Position numbers and translations under genes: made by a program
The notes under the pieces: generated by a model
Database searches by the model: none
Seen by the model: only the letters and a program-made list of their open reading frames with translations
Told to the model about the DNA's origin: nothing
In this document: piece after piece, positions 30,001-31,659 of the stretch
How positions within the stretch are numbered: position 1 is the first letter of the stretch
Layout: each line of letters opens with the position of its first letter
NCBI GenBank assembly: GCA_000165345.1
Contig: CM000432.1
Location: 672,001 to 736,000, forward strand
Length of the DNA: 64,000 nucleotides
Direction of reading: 5' to 3'

Positions 30001-31502
30001 AATGGGCAGCAGAAAGAATTCTTAGATCAGCAAGAAAAAGAGGATTCCCTATAGCCATATATAGACCAGGAAGAATAGGAGGAAACAGCATTACAGGCGC
30101 ATCCAATATTTCGGACCTCCCAAATGCATTTGTGAAGGGATGCATTAAGATGGGGACTTTACCTAGAACAAAAATGGCAATTCATTTAGTTTCGGTCGAT
30201 TTTTGCTGTCAAGTTTGTTGTTTTGGAATGAACAATCCGTCTTTATCAATTAATAATGATTTTAATTTAGACTCTGAAGGATGGGCAAATATGAATGATA
30301 TAAAAGCAGCACTTAAATTATTGGATATTGAGTTAGAAATGGTAGAATTTGAAGACTGGGTTGAACAGTTATTAGAAGAAACTTCTAAAGACAGAAATCA
30401 TCCACTTACCCCATTACAACACATGTTTGTTAAGGAAAAACCTGCAGACTCAATTATGCCATATTTTGACATGAAAAACACAAATAACCTAATATCTAAT
30501 TCTGAAAATATTAAACATGTACCTTGTGACCCAAATTATTTACTTACTTGTTTCAAGTATTTGCTTGAAAAGGATTGGATTTATTCAATTGATTCTATTA
30601 ATAAAATGATGAATAAGGACGTTTGTGCGAAGGAATATATTTTCGAATTTACAAATGACGAATTGAAGGTTGGCAATTTAGAAGTTGCTAACTTTATGAT
30701 ATTTATTTGCGATAAATTGTTTATATTAAATATCCAAGAATTTTGTAATAAAATACAATCTAAATATAATTGCAAATGCATTATAGTTACAATTCCAAAT
30801 TCTAAAGTCGATAATATTTTAAGTTCATTATCCCACATTATACATGAAGCAATTAAAGAAAATATTTCAAAAATAATTGATAAAGGAAACTCAAAAATAA
30901 TATTGGCAAGTTGGTCAATATCAAGCAATCTCACATTGCAAATATTTAAGAACTTGAATTATAAAATTTTGGATTGTGACATAAAACTATTGTTGATTGA
31001 TCCGGTAGTTCCAGTTAAATTAAGTGATAGTAATGACTCGAGAATAGATGAAATTTCATTCAAAGTTTTAAAGAAATTAGTAAAATCCTCAAGCTTACTA
31101 TCTAACTCTCTCACAGAACCAATAATAGATATATTGAATAATTCTGATTCAATTATAAATGTATACAATAAAATAACTAGCTACACAAAAAATGATTCAA
31201 AAACTGAGTTTGAAGAGTTGAAAAATGTATTAGAGAGATTAAGAACTACATTCTTAATAAGCTTGAATATCTCTAAGTCCGTATTAGAAGTCGATGAAAA
31301 AGTATATTTTGTTTTGTCACGCTCTTCAATAATGGGGGACGTATTCGAAAAGAACGGGTCATACGCAATAGTTAATGCTCAAAATATTTACAAAATAAGG
31401 GATTTAGAGCTAGTACATTTATCTGATGGAAACCATTTCACAATTTTTAATTTTTCAAATGTTGAAAGTTTGGTTAATGGACTTTCAAAAATTTTTAATT
31501 AG
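1..31502 (+). CDS. PKS1: Type I modular polyketide synthase, 5'-truncated (frame open to the window edge). It carries 6 KS, 2 AT, 2-3 DH, 2-3 ER, 4-5 KR and 6 ACP domains plus a terminal thioester reductase (R) domain and a C-terminal extension.
   Basis: One uninterrupted ORF of 10,495 aa from nt 15, with the same frame open back to nt 3. Repeated KS motifs (TIDTACSSSL; HGTGT; NIGH) occur 6 times. AT motifs (GQGSQ, GHSLGEY, AFHS) occur twice. DH motifs are HxxxGxxxxP and HPALLDGALQ. ER motifs are LNFRDVLNVMGLYPGDPG and ASGGVGL. KR motifs are a Rossmann ITGGxGxLG and YSAAN. ACP motifs are GIDSLSAVELRN. The R domain shows TGGTGFMG ... YSQSK. Stop is TAG at 31500-31502. Confidence 0.95.
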   Translation, partial: TKLNMTATSFTATGAAASIISNRLSFIYGIKGPSVTIDTACSSSLVALDIAKKDINFGNIETAIVAGVQLLLSPLYYIVFSKANMLSPRGECRAFDELSDGFLRGEGCISLIIENHLKSFGKKIYGRICGTAVNQDGKSASLTAPNGPSQKRVIINAIEDSCISNNDIFYIESHGTGTPLGDPIEFGAISDVFKNRANKLYIGTLKPNIGHLEGASGVAGILKAILVVNNGVIPPNILINKLNSGLCFDDSNMNIVFPTNKVETNSKSLIAGVSSFGFGGTNSHIIVETGDSVNSWELPRIDFKRKKFPWITPAHPYIGPKISGSDNLSHPSELGLIIDEMSNITNIKKPDSNITRFVRNVGENVFSSIVGHVIQGKIIFPGSAFIEMSIGGLINYSIRSGIKDVSLLTISNIQFIKPLIFPNELGRNPQGKLICDISPYENNNRKLNIRISTSGIEYGIDEMIYHSTFTAEISNDDNLKLSDETINFDKCSNFNSDQFYSELNEIGLNYSEKYKSIRKIYKNKTEIFGIIEIDSLNREIDTFFLHPSLLDGCFQLFALFIENHENKANKPFIPVSIEEMIFKPIFNNNKYIVPYNSLTNLKFIHPINRLFACIKNKKILNSEGIKVDINIYIRDEGTDGLIQICEIRNLHFRELIPMKTINYLPIKDHYSWISTYRELEHKFDNDEELNKLKFLFTSLEVNKLSLEQFDYFDNNKILNLIQENIFSFSTIPVYITSTNEKDSYKELISIQRTLQNIYKNIDSYNKLTIIFVTIGANLLCGKNTLSSHFQSSLLSYLRSASNEFNQLGKISLIIVDWNSISNLKINKNFCQILKLIYNNVINKKWFEKEYQLLEYNNEIKIKTIKIKESISPYNNYMALKLTNRGAISNIITNLQKFRVVPMEGEVEIRIRAIGLNFRDVLNVMGLYPGDPGKPGSDFSGTVVSVGPGVKNIQVGDDVFGLSQGCIETYHTTNALLVAKKPKLLTFEEAASIPTIFSTVKVSLNQYSKLKKGDCVLIHVASGGVGLAAIQICSRIGANIIATVGSIKKVEYLKSIGIKFVSSSRDYTKFSQDMKYFMSELNIDGVDIVINSLVGEFIPLSMKFLKRNGTFIELGKREILSENQLKEIRTDINYQTVEFDKLVENDIVWFQNLLQEIMIDINKGKIQPIPTKVFSIQDKSGIIDGFRYIQHASHIGKVILSNPSTSICSYSKDAYIITGGMGSLGLVVANWLVEEGTKNIILMGRSSIDFENKFAIKLLELSEKGKINLEMLKCNICDLNSLFNIINKIKGKYNIRAIIHAAGVLNDGSILSQTDSTFLSTFLPKSIGAWNIHYITTSLLEHIPLLIMFSSISALIGNNGQTNYSAANGNIDYLSEIRSQLGMKSISIQWGPWGEQGMAKENLNLKMLKAIGLVPIKNSLGLISLGGIISNCMINKVNKYIVQPLDPLVVKNNALTHIFSEIESEVQETRNGYLFSTMNSEELHLFVLSSIKEAISDAIGIDVNLIDSELPFKDLGIDSLSAVELRNTLTSKFEVNLPPTIIIDYPTISELCKYIEMIIGKKNVKEFDNKNIIHSNFKKSDIFISGIGIRVPGDASSVFKFWKNMTSLVTCISEIPYERWDVDKLFGDYNDKNATYYTRKGGFISIVDIFDYSKYQISKEEAIQMDPNQRIALDTCFSALSDAEIEIKDLFNTNVGVFAGMCNDEWAILSSKRNYCNAFSGTGNAKSIISNRISYVFGLKGPSITIDAACASSLIAIDQAIKSLKNNECNMAIAFGVQLNLSPNNFIVFSKAKMLSKNSECRSFDKDADGFVRGEGCGAIVLSNNNIKIKKKWGRILGSSTNHSGRSISLTAPNGVAQQKVLSTALNIAREENKSDIRPGYIECHGTGTLLGDAVEFGAIKEVYKDMYKIIDSNIDSPLILSTVKPQIGHLEGAAGIVGFIRLLVVLSFGAVPALLNYKNINPHIEVEDFNIVFPNNSTWKLNKNVGGVSSFGFGGANCHILVEGVKQKNPLIKDNEKLIFMFTGQGSHYDKMGIEYYNSNEIFRKSIDECSDFLDKFLDIPLKEAMFIEGAKEKINIDVEIYNQLSIVSIEYAEMMLLRSIGIFPDIIFGHSLGEYLVAVAAGVMTIEIALEIIYRRGIVISKFGKKGIMVAVRRSEEQIKKAIKQFENSLSQEQKLKISLGLINAPKNCIISGEENQVMAVLELLDSSKSYKKLPVSYAFHSVMFSEISNILHEEIKNKNLNYIDKKVIVFSSILGLMVKDEMSNLNYWSSQLFKPVNFYSMIKNLEEFIIKNEIKVKNIIEIGPTSLLTPLLKASSKGILNNAKFYSLMKKDSNVNPTEVLENICSNVNIKIANRSSNENNLPKIDYHLKWNEISHPFLLKRMLSPIINLNKIVKDLSFVYATPLTEKISKFFHGYKRNGAFVMPEIALIEVISAAINDINSQISMIDNGFLSVESNVPIFQLEKIHFGIPWEFRTYKTQDDRPTLIFTLDSRRNISISSNKGGHINADLKKNSIHHLDAKLNVYFPENKRESIKFPIHALENSEALLFEEIYGPIIKGSFPVINSSKCIRKIVLKENESFSILKLNFDMETDLEPSGINMGLFYSIDRFMNVHPMILESSIHTIMLAAIKNNKHFDLYFPTKIDLLNISSIDFTRNVYVHSVIREQNEEYILGDILIYHENQFDFPIVEIRKIRLEKLNFENKIPLLLNQEYAFLKEEWELQNNNEQNHYDKIIIFGCSKTFDLFKKNLAQNIYFVENEKDLLTYLNSISSSKILIINTFFRSGTKFEVISNEIELIKEIIISNDNFQKKQNNFITWWIVTKGVVLFRNNQSINNSIWKKIKEIKEKMRDYCRVFMTDTDDIYSINNIISYQKTDECCYRNGAIYFLTLNCKQLINHRVFDLRKNKNLSIEIIMVENIINESFKFLGKVVYSCNTNILGQYVIIENNNDIQHEIKIGDLVITEVDNKYLIGIDDYNYFGLRSNVALPKIQYIFDKIPFNLFENIVIKISNKNKLVKIYEICFSIIINVLKLNSVNKSRKITVIGNYDEKFSKIILSLGCKLNIDNLSKPDCLIQIGEETKLFNINQDPIAKFRIGINHEVINECNNETILNPNYQESNQLKLELSNPYLNKTEKINFVNKFGLILITGEMKNITLIINCLFALGYKKIALVKMDNNALSEKISEFGESIKLFNCLPNKVSINNCFNKIISEYQNLEITGYIHLSSIEILKTDQEKVNNYSLIPWNIHNLVTKKGYNLTFFVIISGIFGQLDQLKFGIAENLFENLTYHRNELLKLPSTYILDNKIVNYIGGNKSSLFSIENYINKIPLFTNLFSEIINSKLNGTIVPIEIDEEVINQLSKNSTEKSKKLYFKFVEKISRKNFNNIKYVKFSNNLSKRKKLIEEMVLKSVNSLIPENKKYSMDDSLLSIGISSLSAIELVNKLSSEFNYEISPSLLYEHPSINSIINYLLSLSHHFDENIEYFDDKINSEIIEKNTLLNINNYFINPEILVSSVNNDLDLNSRMCIVGMANNIPVAGASVGLFWHLLKENKDFVIEAPINRIDWGDSLNTDQSIIGKSYCNHGTFIENAHLFDNEFFKINEYEVLQMDPQQRLILEVCFDALHVSGYKNLNEMTNLNFGVFIGSCTNDWLEKLSDLDSINAYSGTGFSSSLISNRVSYSFGLTGPSLTIDTACSSSLVSLNIAVQNIEKKQCNGAVVAGVQMTLNKTTFIVFSKSMMLSKDGRCKSFDYSADGFGIGEGVAAIVILPKKECERKNKKVLAYISGSSVNQDGKSATLTAPSKNSQVKCINLALSSMEHIHPSMVTIVEAHGTGTLIGDSIEVSALYEAYCSSERKSKLMIGSGKSNFAHTFAASGIIGLIKLVLSLHNSMIIGNIHLKQLNPYIVHYEKLIIPKINTLIPIESEVAFGSVSSFGFGGTNSHVIVGVEKSDFDIISYIQKSKFNNFKRKSFEWKNFPIYDSNKPIIVYTKNSSGIFEKCDSILLNNFNPNIENIFREFFNLANKLQNNNEFGVRITRFRHYGREKNDLYLLTYENCKDKYHVSLWSIEYKLIREKEIFLDIFSRGISIISECIVEKDYRFEYYLLEQNIDIKKDNLAISLDNTNVNDIIQEKLSITSSNNIIDQILNRISEFIDINYYSISEVISFVNILDFLNSKNIELLYQVNTKSKNNKVPIRLYSQYLQEQLIEDVYSVKKSWRCILEINLLQQPPVINPFSNLLETASRKIPGSKEIEIIINAFSITECFGEKIFGISGTIVSKGNEVSDWKIGDNIIGIVESKINQFITTSNLVFRKPSFLSHEESALLLLHSPVTEEIIRRISELKRQNCILIFSKLNGVFLTVINYLLYSELNFTVVISEKNVYNFLLSIGVKKIVMKDNIDIIKSSTDNSYPDLLITDEVLNLDLINIMDNNGKIISINSKNINYWNEIERKNITYENISIIDILSKKNMDQNFDINRLKKENIFNFPILIQEYNFDNLMINNCKNYNYLGEIVYSLRSNLSENIFSFSKELFTSFKNNEMNASRHNLRNFIINKLLNNYSNTIIIDGDYFSIEDAWEIYYLITFIQLSFREIFIIFSQNNKNIEYKYLAKKIIENGFKAMIELKNFDQIDKFNSINIPIFIDFKLGGFNRLLNNDLVCSKKENGSIKFNIISERIKNIILNIIKIDSKNPIEEKKLFDTPIRELGVDSLEITELRSILSKEFEIKLPISVLFDYPTLNELIGYIENNSSKEIKINKTDLKINFDGMKKFNIGIIGASCTLPTGIDNLSSFWESLMLGKCGVNLIPYSRWNCELENDSITKNISTILGLELFDNNLFGISNIEARTMDPQQKHLLNSTFNALVSSGNSIESIKNTDTGVFVGLCNIDWSLYLLNERSCNSAYIGTGTASSIASNRLSYFYGIKGPSITIDTACSSSLVAIDAAFKNISLGICEMAIVSGSQLITTPNLFSVFSRANMLSKDGLCKSFDESADGFGRGEGVATIILKKFNFKNESNRAVLGILKGTAVNQDGRTASLTAPSSKSQSDVISHALLRSEVQFNEVSMIESHGTGTQLGDPIEIDAIKTVYQLSSKKLVIGALKTNIGHLEASAGIAGLIKLLLSLRNGISPPNLHLKNLNKYINVDNTNIVFPSSKTRLSISSDESFIGGVSSFGFGGTNAHAILEVSSANKIPMINDMAIAILNEEFENEYTMNITHLTQLRELIANNTIFESYFRYCTMIILQILNINFYEIIIENNEKLLRAEEMYILLFAFYYSIYQTLKYCKIVVDTFISDEFGSILFDTITNKIKLPNAIELLKEYCNKKLYSMNSNLKIYCLNEKENHPFKLEEVKFLNASVVIINPFTFNNKQKKQLRNMSKLIIHNESNYLQFIENVINNFGKMSKVSKIERFPLNNYIHPLLDSDIDSSYNIEISKFFIERYCDPSYENETIHQGSIIIISLLFESLISILNKKHNLSLEFKIESIEGIYETANRVRKFDKYSKLKLMKNKDHFILCAFNGLPLSSLSIKESLERKPQVYIPEIESPKYNEFKKTKIPKNILKLISSIEVHESSIYIKLKLPFFNLSVESIFCIHPAIFTLMIYSSMEILSKKIDPLKITIEKLSNIIISDVFDIEKICCNSRYTLELVCKINEGKNININLWVADDYGIQPTELFLQCDVIFTENKVNIINSSTGLVWNTIWKEIKYNLISEQKQGNKLIINFNKNTIISRKDLMVNDIFMNYSQFLEDNFDLKDINNIIVDMCIPIPNNCQMKEIDQSYFVISENWEIDFIQTFKKIINKNNRNESINIFILVNNTVKTVENDQINMNMTWVWGFMRSLRMELSSKVKILLIDIDINQLEEKSCLNTEQSIQVTNIVSNVKSLDEDGEYEFVIRENKIFVPRLKQYEFGNHIREKSQTDLEICNIITGGLGGIGLAIAEWLIEVVGMKNILLLSRNPHMSTKKSKKWKQLTEKTKENILIEKCDISNSAEIVTIIEKYSKIYKKIGVMHIAGSLIDSNIHNLTDNIVSDVNLPKIRGIINLHNATLNKNCEYFIAFSSITSLIGNIGQSAYAAANSVLDSIIEFRRKLGMPGNSLQWGAWAEQGMAAENELLQKNLVNVGLSLINNNIAFEIIKYIISDSNKFPSVLAIQPANWDKFIDKIGIRYGILKEITSNKINHDRITILNSISAENRIDFISNKIISICSEVLGIENDLNSEQSLMDFGIDSIMAVEIRNSLCDNFGISLSHTILFDYPTISSLSTYINQKFMSNCKIEKSQEQMNLKENLFDYNVAVIGAACRLPKNITNLSGLWELLMESNCSVGKIPYNRWDSGLFFSENINSGKMYTESASFIDGIEFFDNSEFKISSSEVYYIDPQQRIIMETALLAIKSSNVKLETLVNSLTGVFIGCSSSDWTILTNTASVPPGPYTGTGISSSILSNRISYIFGFQGPSFTIDSACSSSLVALDSAFEKFKNNNIQFAIVGGVNLLLSPQPFLACCAANMLSFDGICRSFDEKANGYGRGEGSISLLLTYLSKAKENNEKILGIIKSTSVNQDGKSATITAPNGPSQQFVIKHAIEKANLSPSNITYIETHGTGTKLGDPIEYNAIKSVFNLEDNTFDNNVCLLRYSPLYLGAIKANIGHLEGAAGIAGLIKLILVLNYKVAVPIPNLRKVNPLIELNNFNAIFPMDKKPVNIKNDSNIIYGGISSFGFGGTNAHVIIECNSDNITENSILFRSENFSLRRKNYAWSDTKHPLIDEKILENIGNKNSELNGIKLFRNINHKIFSSVKFALKVNNDIINMLSDHVIDNKIIWPAAAFIEMILGVARNIYICNNEQISFSKRILKTNIRNLLFEQPLILEKNEENILVCDFDLRLKRIKIYSELTYESNNELIYVSSEIGNTDKIEMINEGCLINDLEISKEKELDISLIYNRLMELGIQYGKKFKTIKKAWKLKSENEALTKIQLNSDEYIIKSDDLSAQEPFLSLTELGFGIHPALLDGALQSSFICISEIKNDLEKIIWVPFSISEIEYYNNQEPILEAWVHCKVSPTNNKNEVISDIKIYSVNKDLLFNIKNIRYRSTIDISNKIIKDSKENNPENIKNCWGLTWKKSNNILDKIEKKRWMIYLGDEIEKKSSLNNLFKYYWNKNDILEELSDFSGEINIAFVINSGINNKLHNHGIEIVNWLKHLFDINSKVSRSSVILFITENTIPHNNNNHKFIGSDIWGLVRSARYELDKYSLRLLDLDCFTKDLSEDNLSKIFSCILSSNESEFIFRNGELLFPRLSKISIPINGPLNIRLAERGALTNLLTEMQTNIPYINSDKKLDLIDCFDKLENYSEMKNEPILKDNEVLLRICSVGLNFRDVLNVMGLYPGDPGPPCSDCSGIVVSVGKGVKHLKCGDEVYAMVPGCLNTFIVAIGDTCCLMPKNCDFSLSSSIPTIYSTVDICLRKIYNIKKGDRVLIHAASGGVGLVAVNYCNSIGAKVFATVGNSKKEKYLRHLGVKNISTSRNSELFKLEMECLLKGEKLDVVINCLSGKYIEYSLELLSNNGIFIELGKINILSKKDVSLIKPGIRYEIVALDDLILNDPSWFGTVLVDIKTRIEECKESVIPLIEFSMENHKDSNDLIEKSGCISGFRFMQKANHIGKVVIKNPTLDNSLSRKNGAVIVIGGNGSLGKFTTKWLYFNGLKNIILLSRSSNNYASNLPGVKQISCDISNINSTISAINTVLENPESKPIVGIIHAAGVLDDRKLFEHSKESFKCVYSPKVQGLWNIHQITQYLYIELEFLIAYSSIASLLGNIGQANYSAANSFIDSFMSYRSSLGINSFSIQWGPWLGEGMASNNLSLKFESTGLIGVDKLTAMQALNTIIKSKKKSIPNVICVVDADWGKLVSNIPPKTSNIFTDIINKKIIEKDYNKSKIMELLEKKSSVEMEDYIINLLRDIIKTVVTDDKIDINDSKLLEKPLHEFGIDSLSAVEFRNILSKHTGILLPTTLMFDYPTIINIKDYILSEMEDIRLGDKSCDPLVTDIKKDRILDIAIIGLSCKLPGSTEDIESFWEILTGGINCVSNVPVVRWDHKKYFSLNLENFGPYYYANYGSFIDNIDIFDAHYFGISPSEATIIDPQQRLSLMLAVQSIEDAKLNLSKLKGTKTGVYVGCGNSDWALMQGNQISESEYISPYTGTSVALSLISNRISYNLGLNGPSMTVDTACSSSLVALDIAVQNLRWKKSDISIVIGVNLLISPQAYIVFSKSKMLSITGSCKTFDKDADGYVRGEGCCSMVLCRFDERENVDFDKKTLKAEQNIIIYGFIKGSAVNQDGRSASLTAPNGPAQQKVIKSAIEDSYIKLDEISIIEAHGTGTQLGDPIEFGAIKNVFNSRNRGPIYITALKTNIGHLEGASGIAGVIKMILMLNHSIVPKNLHFKTLNPLIDNSNFNAIIPDRKLKVSANIGGVSSFGFGGTNAHVIIEKNISKIPLENQNYSIIENTNKEVSNKIAFIFTGQGSQFENMGQELFENEPIFRKSMLECAKHANEYLPESLIEILYPEISTPRTKAGSKDAGFYDINDILYSQVAIFSVEYSLTKLLESKGIIPDLVIGHSLGEYCAAVIVGAIELNQALKMIINRSKILEKSNISDGGMLALRKSASSIAEILKEFDENNVSLAAVNGPNSVVISGRKYILKSILERLGGSGKFLNIDNAFHSSLMQDASNKYKDFIEEEIVFCNENKKKIKFISTLKGRLINYSELMSSDYWSNHIVCPVLFYDAINHALNKFDCTILLEIGPQPILTKLSIQCIPRELKTKIKSFCAMLGKPSTEIEHFKLVTHQINQIFSPYMNTIRGNSEVSNKNIFNNLRRFPWININSHPLVKLETDRKILLKNLNKMFDISKEGAIIELVNGGIREIFKNEIFNSMKMGRYYQCEIVLENLSFNIIEGNQEGWLEVEKKDINGFTINICSQNNLTYTLYAKIIFREDAEIELQEINIENSVISIEKFISIGLKENILFQKIMNSIQELTIKLESKISFAKNTQKNSICLILTTDDYFKSLSKSFSGFSIHPFLLQLLFDFIKLYNIEEIIKGNSEINFYETIIRELLDSSISQKYLVFEVNNNSAIIKDKFGKILFKTSYSLVYLNSKNTGSVEYEIEQFSNLNNLDNLFWNTENQKIFEVEMGIDEIEEDEYKCKRILIIGSNDLEDNLETKEETYYNVRSEFELIKNIKLKNWEKIIFVIDNFNVSEIELMHYAVITCKECESDSNVWFIKINQSNDNSLESYNKGRGILGLCKTARIELRKMINYISIEKFEDLNTNAKLICNLVSLLSKNKSIPEDIFVNLYRKKIQVYTKIIKAQYSIQMKNNELNRDNELINGIVLISGGTGALGLIIAEWLIKCKNIRNIILLSRSGLPSKRCESIWERILILDSNIRIIKCDVANYDSVFSTLKYIISQAMESNSKIVGLIHASGVLNDSLIKNHSIENLENVFRPKVFGAINLHYAIKNMLPYKLRFFIGFSSISSLFGSFGQYSYSSANSYLDSLINYRRKFKESSILDLSIQWGPWAEQGMAADLFQHHSSSGIKPIYNSEGLKCLSSIFDIIEGRIEDIILPSEIAIANINWSEFLTIFEGNPPIIFSEISSKFLNNGSKLESGSKIKDKFEGITDIRRHIEEVLLIIAYEIFGMEKNNCDLTEVDSLMAVEFRNSISKNFGIKLPISLMLDNPTLDEVISYLEGEVRKELFGSSTEELVSSKSRRWEEIRQDINLDGKISLLSNPSDAVRGFRLPSGEKNKLREVFLTGGTGFMGTCMIENLVKLNSDIKIWCLVRCSDKKNGKEKLLDALYKYSIQNADLILKNNIKIVVGDTSIPYFGINKTEYKEIVNSIDSIIHIGAVVNFTSSYSNIKNVNVLSIVELLNLSSAPNHCSKNCTEKGKCNSCIIPIHHVSTLGVFYDHIENPPVEPYLSGLENTEFMERTYFLDDGRRIFYEDDPVITNDDEGTHHKSLLLGYSQSKWAAERILRSARKRGFPIAIYRPGRIGGNSITGASNISDLPNAFVKGCIKMGTLPRTKMAIHLVSVDFCCQVCCFGMNNPSLSINNDFNLDSEGWANMNDIKAALKLLDIELEMVEFEDWVEQLLEETSKDRNHPLTPLQHMFVKEKPADSIMPYFDMKNTNNLISNSENIKHVPCDPNYLLTCFKYLLEKDWIYSIDSINKMMNKDVCAKEYIFEFTNDELKVGNLEVANFMIFICDKLFILNIQEFCNKIQSKYNCKCIIVTIPNSKVDNILSSLSHIIHEAIKENISKIIDKGNSKIILASWSISSNLTLQIFKNLNYKILDCDIKLLLIDPVVPVKLSDSNDSRIDEISFKVLKKLVKSSSLLSNSLTEPIIDILNNSDSIINVYNKITSYTKNDSKTEFEELKNVLERLRTTFLISLNISKSVLEVDEKVYFVLSRSSIMGDVFEKNGSYAIVNAQNIYKIRDLELVHLSDGNHFTIFNFSNVESLVNGLSKIFN
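3..880 (+). other. PKS module a: KS domain (partial, window starts inside it)
   Basis: DTACSSSLVA active-site Cys, ESHGTGTPLGDP, NIGHLEGASG and GFGGTNSH motifs are present. Boundaries are approximate. Confidence 0.85.
940..1900 (+). other. PKS module a: dehydratase (DH) domain
   Basis: The sequence HVIQGKIIFPGSAFIEM fits HxxxGxxxxP, and HPSLLDGCFQ is the second DH motif. Confidence 0.7.
2640..3600 (+). other. PKS module a: enoyl reductase (ER) domain
   Basis: LNFRDVLNVMGLYPGDPG and VASGGVGLAAIQI (NADPH-binding) are present. Confidence 0.8.
3640..4200 (+). other. PKS module a: ketoreductase (KR) domain
   Basis: The Rossmann motif IITGGMGSLGLVVANWL and the catalytic-region motif SSISALIGNNGQTNYSAANG are present. 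Confidence 0.8.
4440..4680 (+). other. PKS module a: ACP
   Basis: LGIDSLSAVELRN gives the phosphopantetheine-attachment Ser in a DSL context. Confidence 0.8.
4730..6020 (+). other. PKS module b: KS domain
   Basis: TIDAACASSLIAIDQA, ECHGTGTLLGD, QIGHLEGAAG and GFGGANCH are present. Confidence 0.85.
6050..6960 (+). other. PKS module b: acyltransferase (AT) domain
   Basis: FMFTGQGSHY, GHSLGEY (active-site Ser) and YAFHS are present. Confidence 0.85.
10230..10430 (+). other. PKS module b: ACP. It follows a roughly 1,100-aa region (nt 6960-10230) with only degenerate DH-like and KR-like motifs.
   Basis: SIGISSLSAIELVNKL marks the ACP. The preceding region carries ITGEMKNITLIINCLFALGYKKIALV (Rossmann-like) but no catalytic YxxxN/K motif. 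Confidence 0.6.
10570..11860 (+). other. PKS module c: KS domain
   Basis: MCIVGMANNIP, TIDTACSSSLVSLNIA, EAHGTGTLIGD and GFGGTNSH are present. Confidence 0.85.
14060..14260 (+). other. PKS module c: ACP. The module has no AT, DH or KR that I can recognise, only a degenerate ER-like stretch.
   Basis: LGVDSLEITELRSIL is present. Confidence 0.6.
14300..15560 (+). other. PKS module d: KS domain
   Basis: IGIIGASCTLPTG, TIDTACSSSLVAIDAA, ESHGTGTQLGDP, NIGHLEASAG and GFGGTNAH are present. Confidence 0.85.
17760..18320 (+). other. PKS module d: KR domain
   Basis: IITGGLGGIGLAIAEWL and SSITSLIGNIGQSAYAAANS are present. Confidence 0.8.
18590..18800 (+). other. PKS module d: ACP
   Basis: FGIDSIMAVEIRNSL is present. 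Confidence 0.75.
18860..20170 (+). other. PKS module e: KS domain
   Basis: VAVIGAACRLP, TIDSACSSSLVALDSA, ETHGTGTKLGDP, NIGHLEGAAG and GFGGTNAH are present. Confidence 0.85.
20250..21300 (+). other. PKS module e: DH domain
   Basis: HVIDNKIIWPAAAF and IHPALLDGALQ are present. Confidence 0.75.
21990..22950 (+). other. PKS module e: ER domain
   Basis: LNFRDVLNVMGLYPGDPG and AASGGVGLVAV are present. Confidence 0.8.
22990..23540 (+). other. PKS module e: KR domain
   Basis: VIVIGGNGSLGKF and GNIGQANYSAANS are present. Confidence 0.8.
23850..24050 (+). other. PKS module e: ACP
   Basis: FGIDSLSAVEFRNIL is present. Confidence 0.8.
24100..25410 (+). other. PKS module f: KS domain
   Basis: IAIIGLSCKLPG, TVDTACSSSLVALDIA, EAHGTGTQLGDP, NIGHLEGASG and GFGGTNAH are present. 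Confidence 0.85.
25480..26400 (+). other. PKS module f: AT domain
   Basis: FIFTGQGSQF, GHSLGEY and NAFHSS are present. Confidence 0.85.
28090..28700 (+). other. PKS module f: KR domain
   Basis: LISGGTGALGLIIAEWL and FGSFGQYSYSSANS are present. Confidence 0.8.
28960..29180 (+). other. PKS module f: terminal ACP
   Basis: EVDSLMAVEFRNSI is present. Confidence 0.75.
29330..30450 (+). other. PKS terminal thioester reductase (R) domain, SDR fold
   Basis: FLTGGTGFMGTCMIENL is an NAD(P)-binding TGxTGFxG motif. YSQSKWAAE gives the catalytic YxxxK about 210 aa downstream. The architecture matches NRPS/PKS terminal R domains. Confidence 0.8.
30460..31499 (+). other. PKS C-terminal extension of about 340 aa beyond the R domain, function unknown
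   Basis: The frame continues with no known PKS motif. Weak alpha/beta-hydrolase-like hints are ILASWSISS (a GxSxG-like elbow) and DGNHFTIF (a GxH-like motif) near the C-terminus. Confidence 0.35.
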
Positions 31503-31557
31503 GATAGAGTGATATTTAGATGAATATAGATTTTTAATATTTTATTTGTAAATGCGC

Positions 31558-31579
31558 AAAAAAAAAAAAAAAAAAAAAA
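31558..31579. repeat. Poly(A) homopolymer (22 nt) in the PKS 3' / aminopeptidase 5' intergenic region
   Basis: The A-run is read directly from the sequence. Confidence 0.9.
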
Positions 31580-31659
31580 TACATTCCCGCAACGACTAAC
31601 GAAAAGAGGAACCTGGGAAATTATAAGCTCTACATTTAATAAAAATTACTTTACCAATT

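Noticed and set aside
3527-31168. Numerous 60-245-codon minus-strand ORFs inside the PKS gene (for example 3527-3895, 5273-5743, 25712-26149, 28724-29458)
   Set aside because: They lie antisense to a continuous 31-kb coding ORF with strong domain homology. They are AT-rich and carry no motifs, as expected by chance in the antisense direction of long coding sequence.
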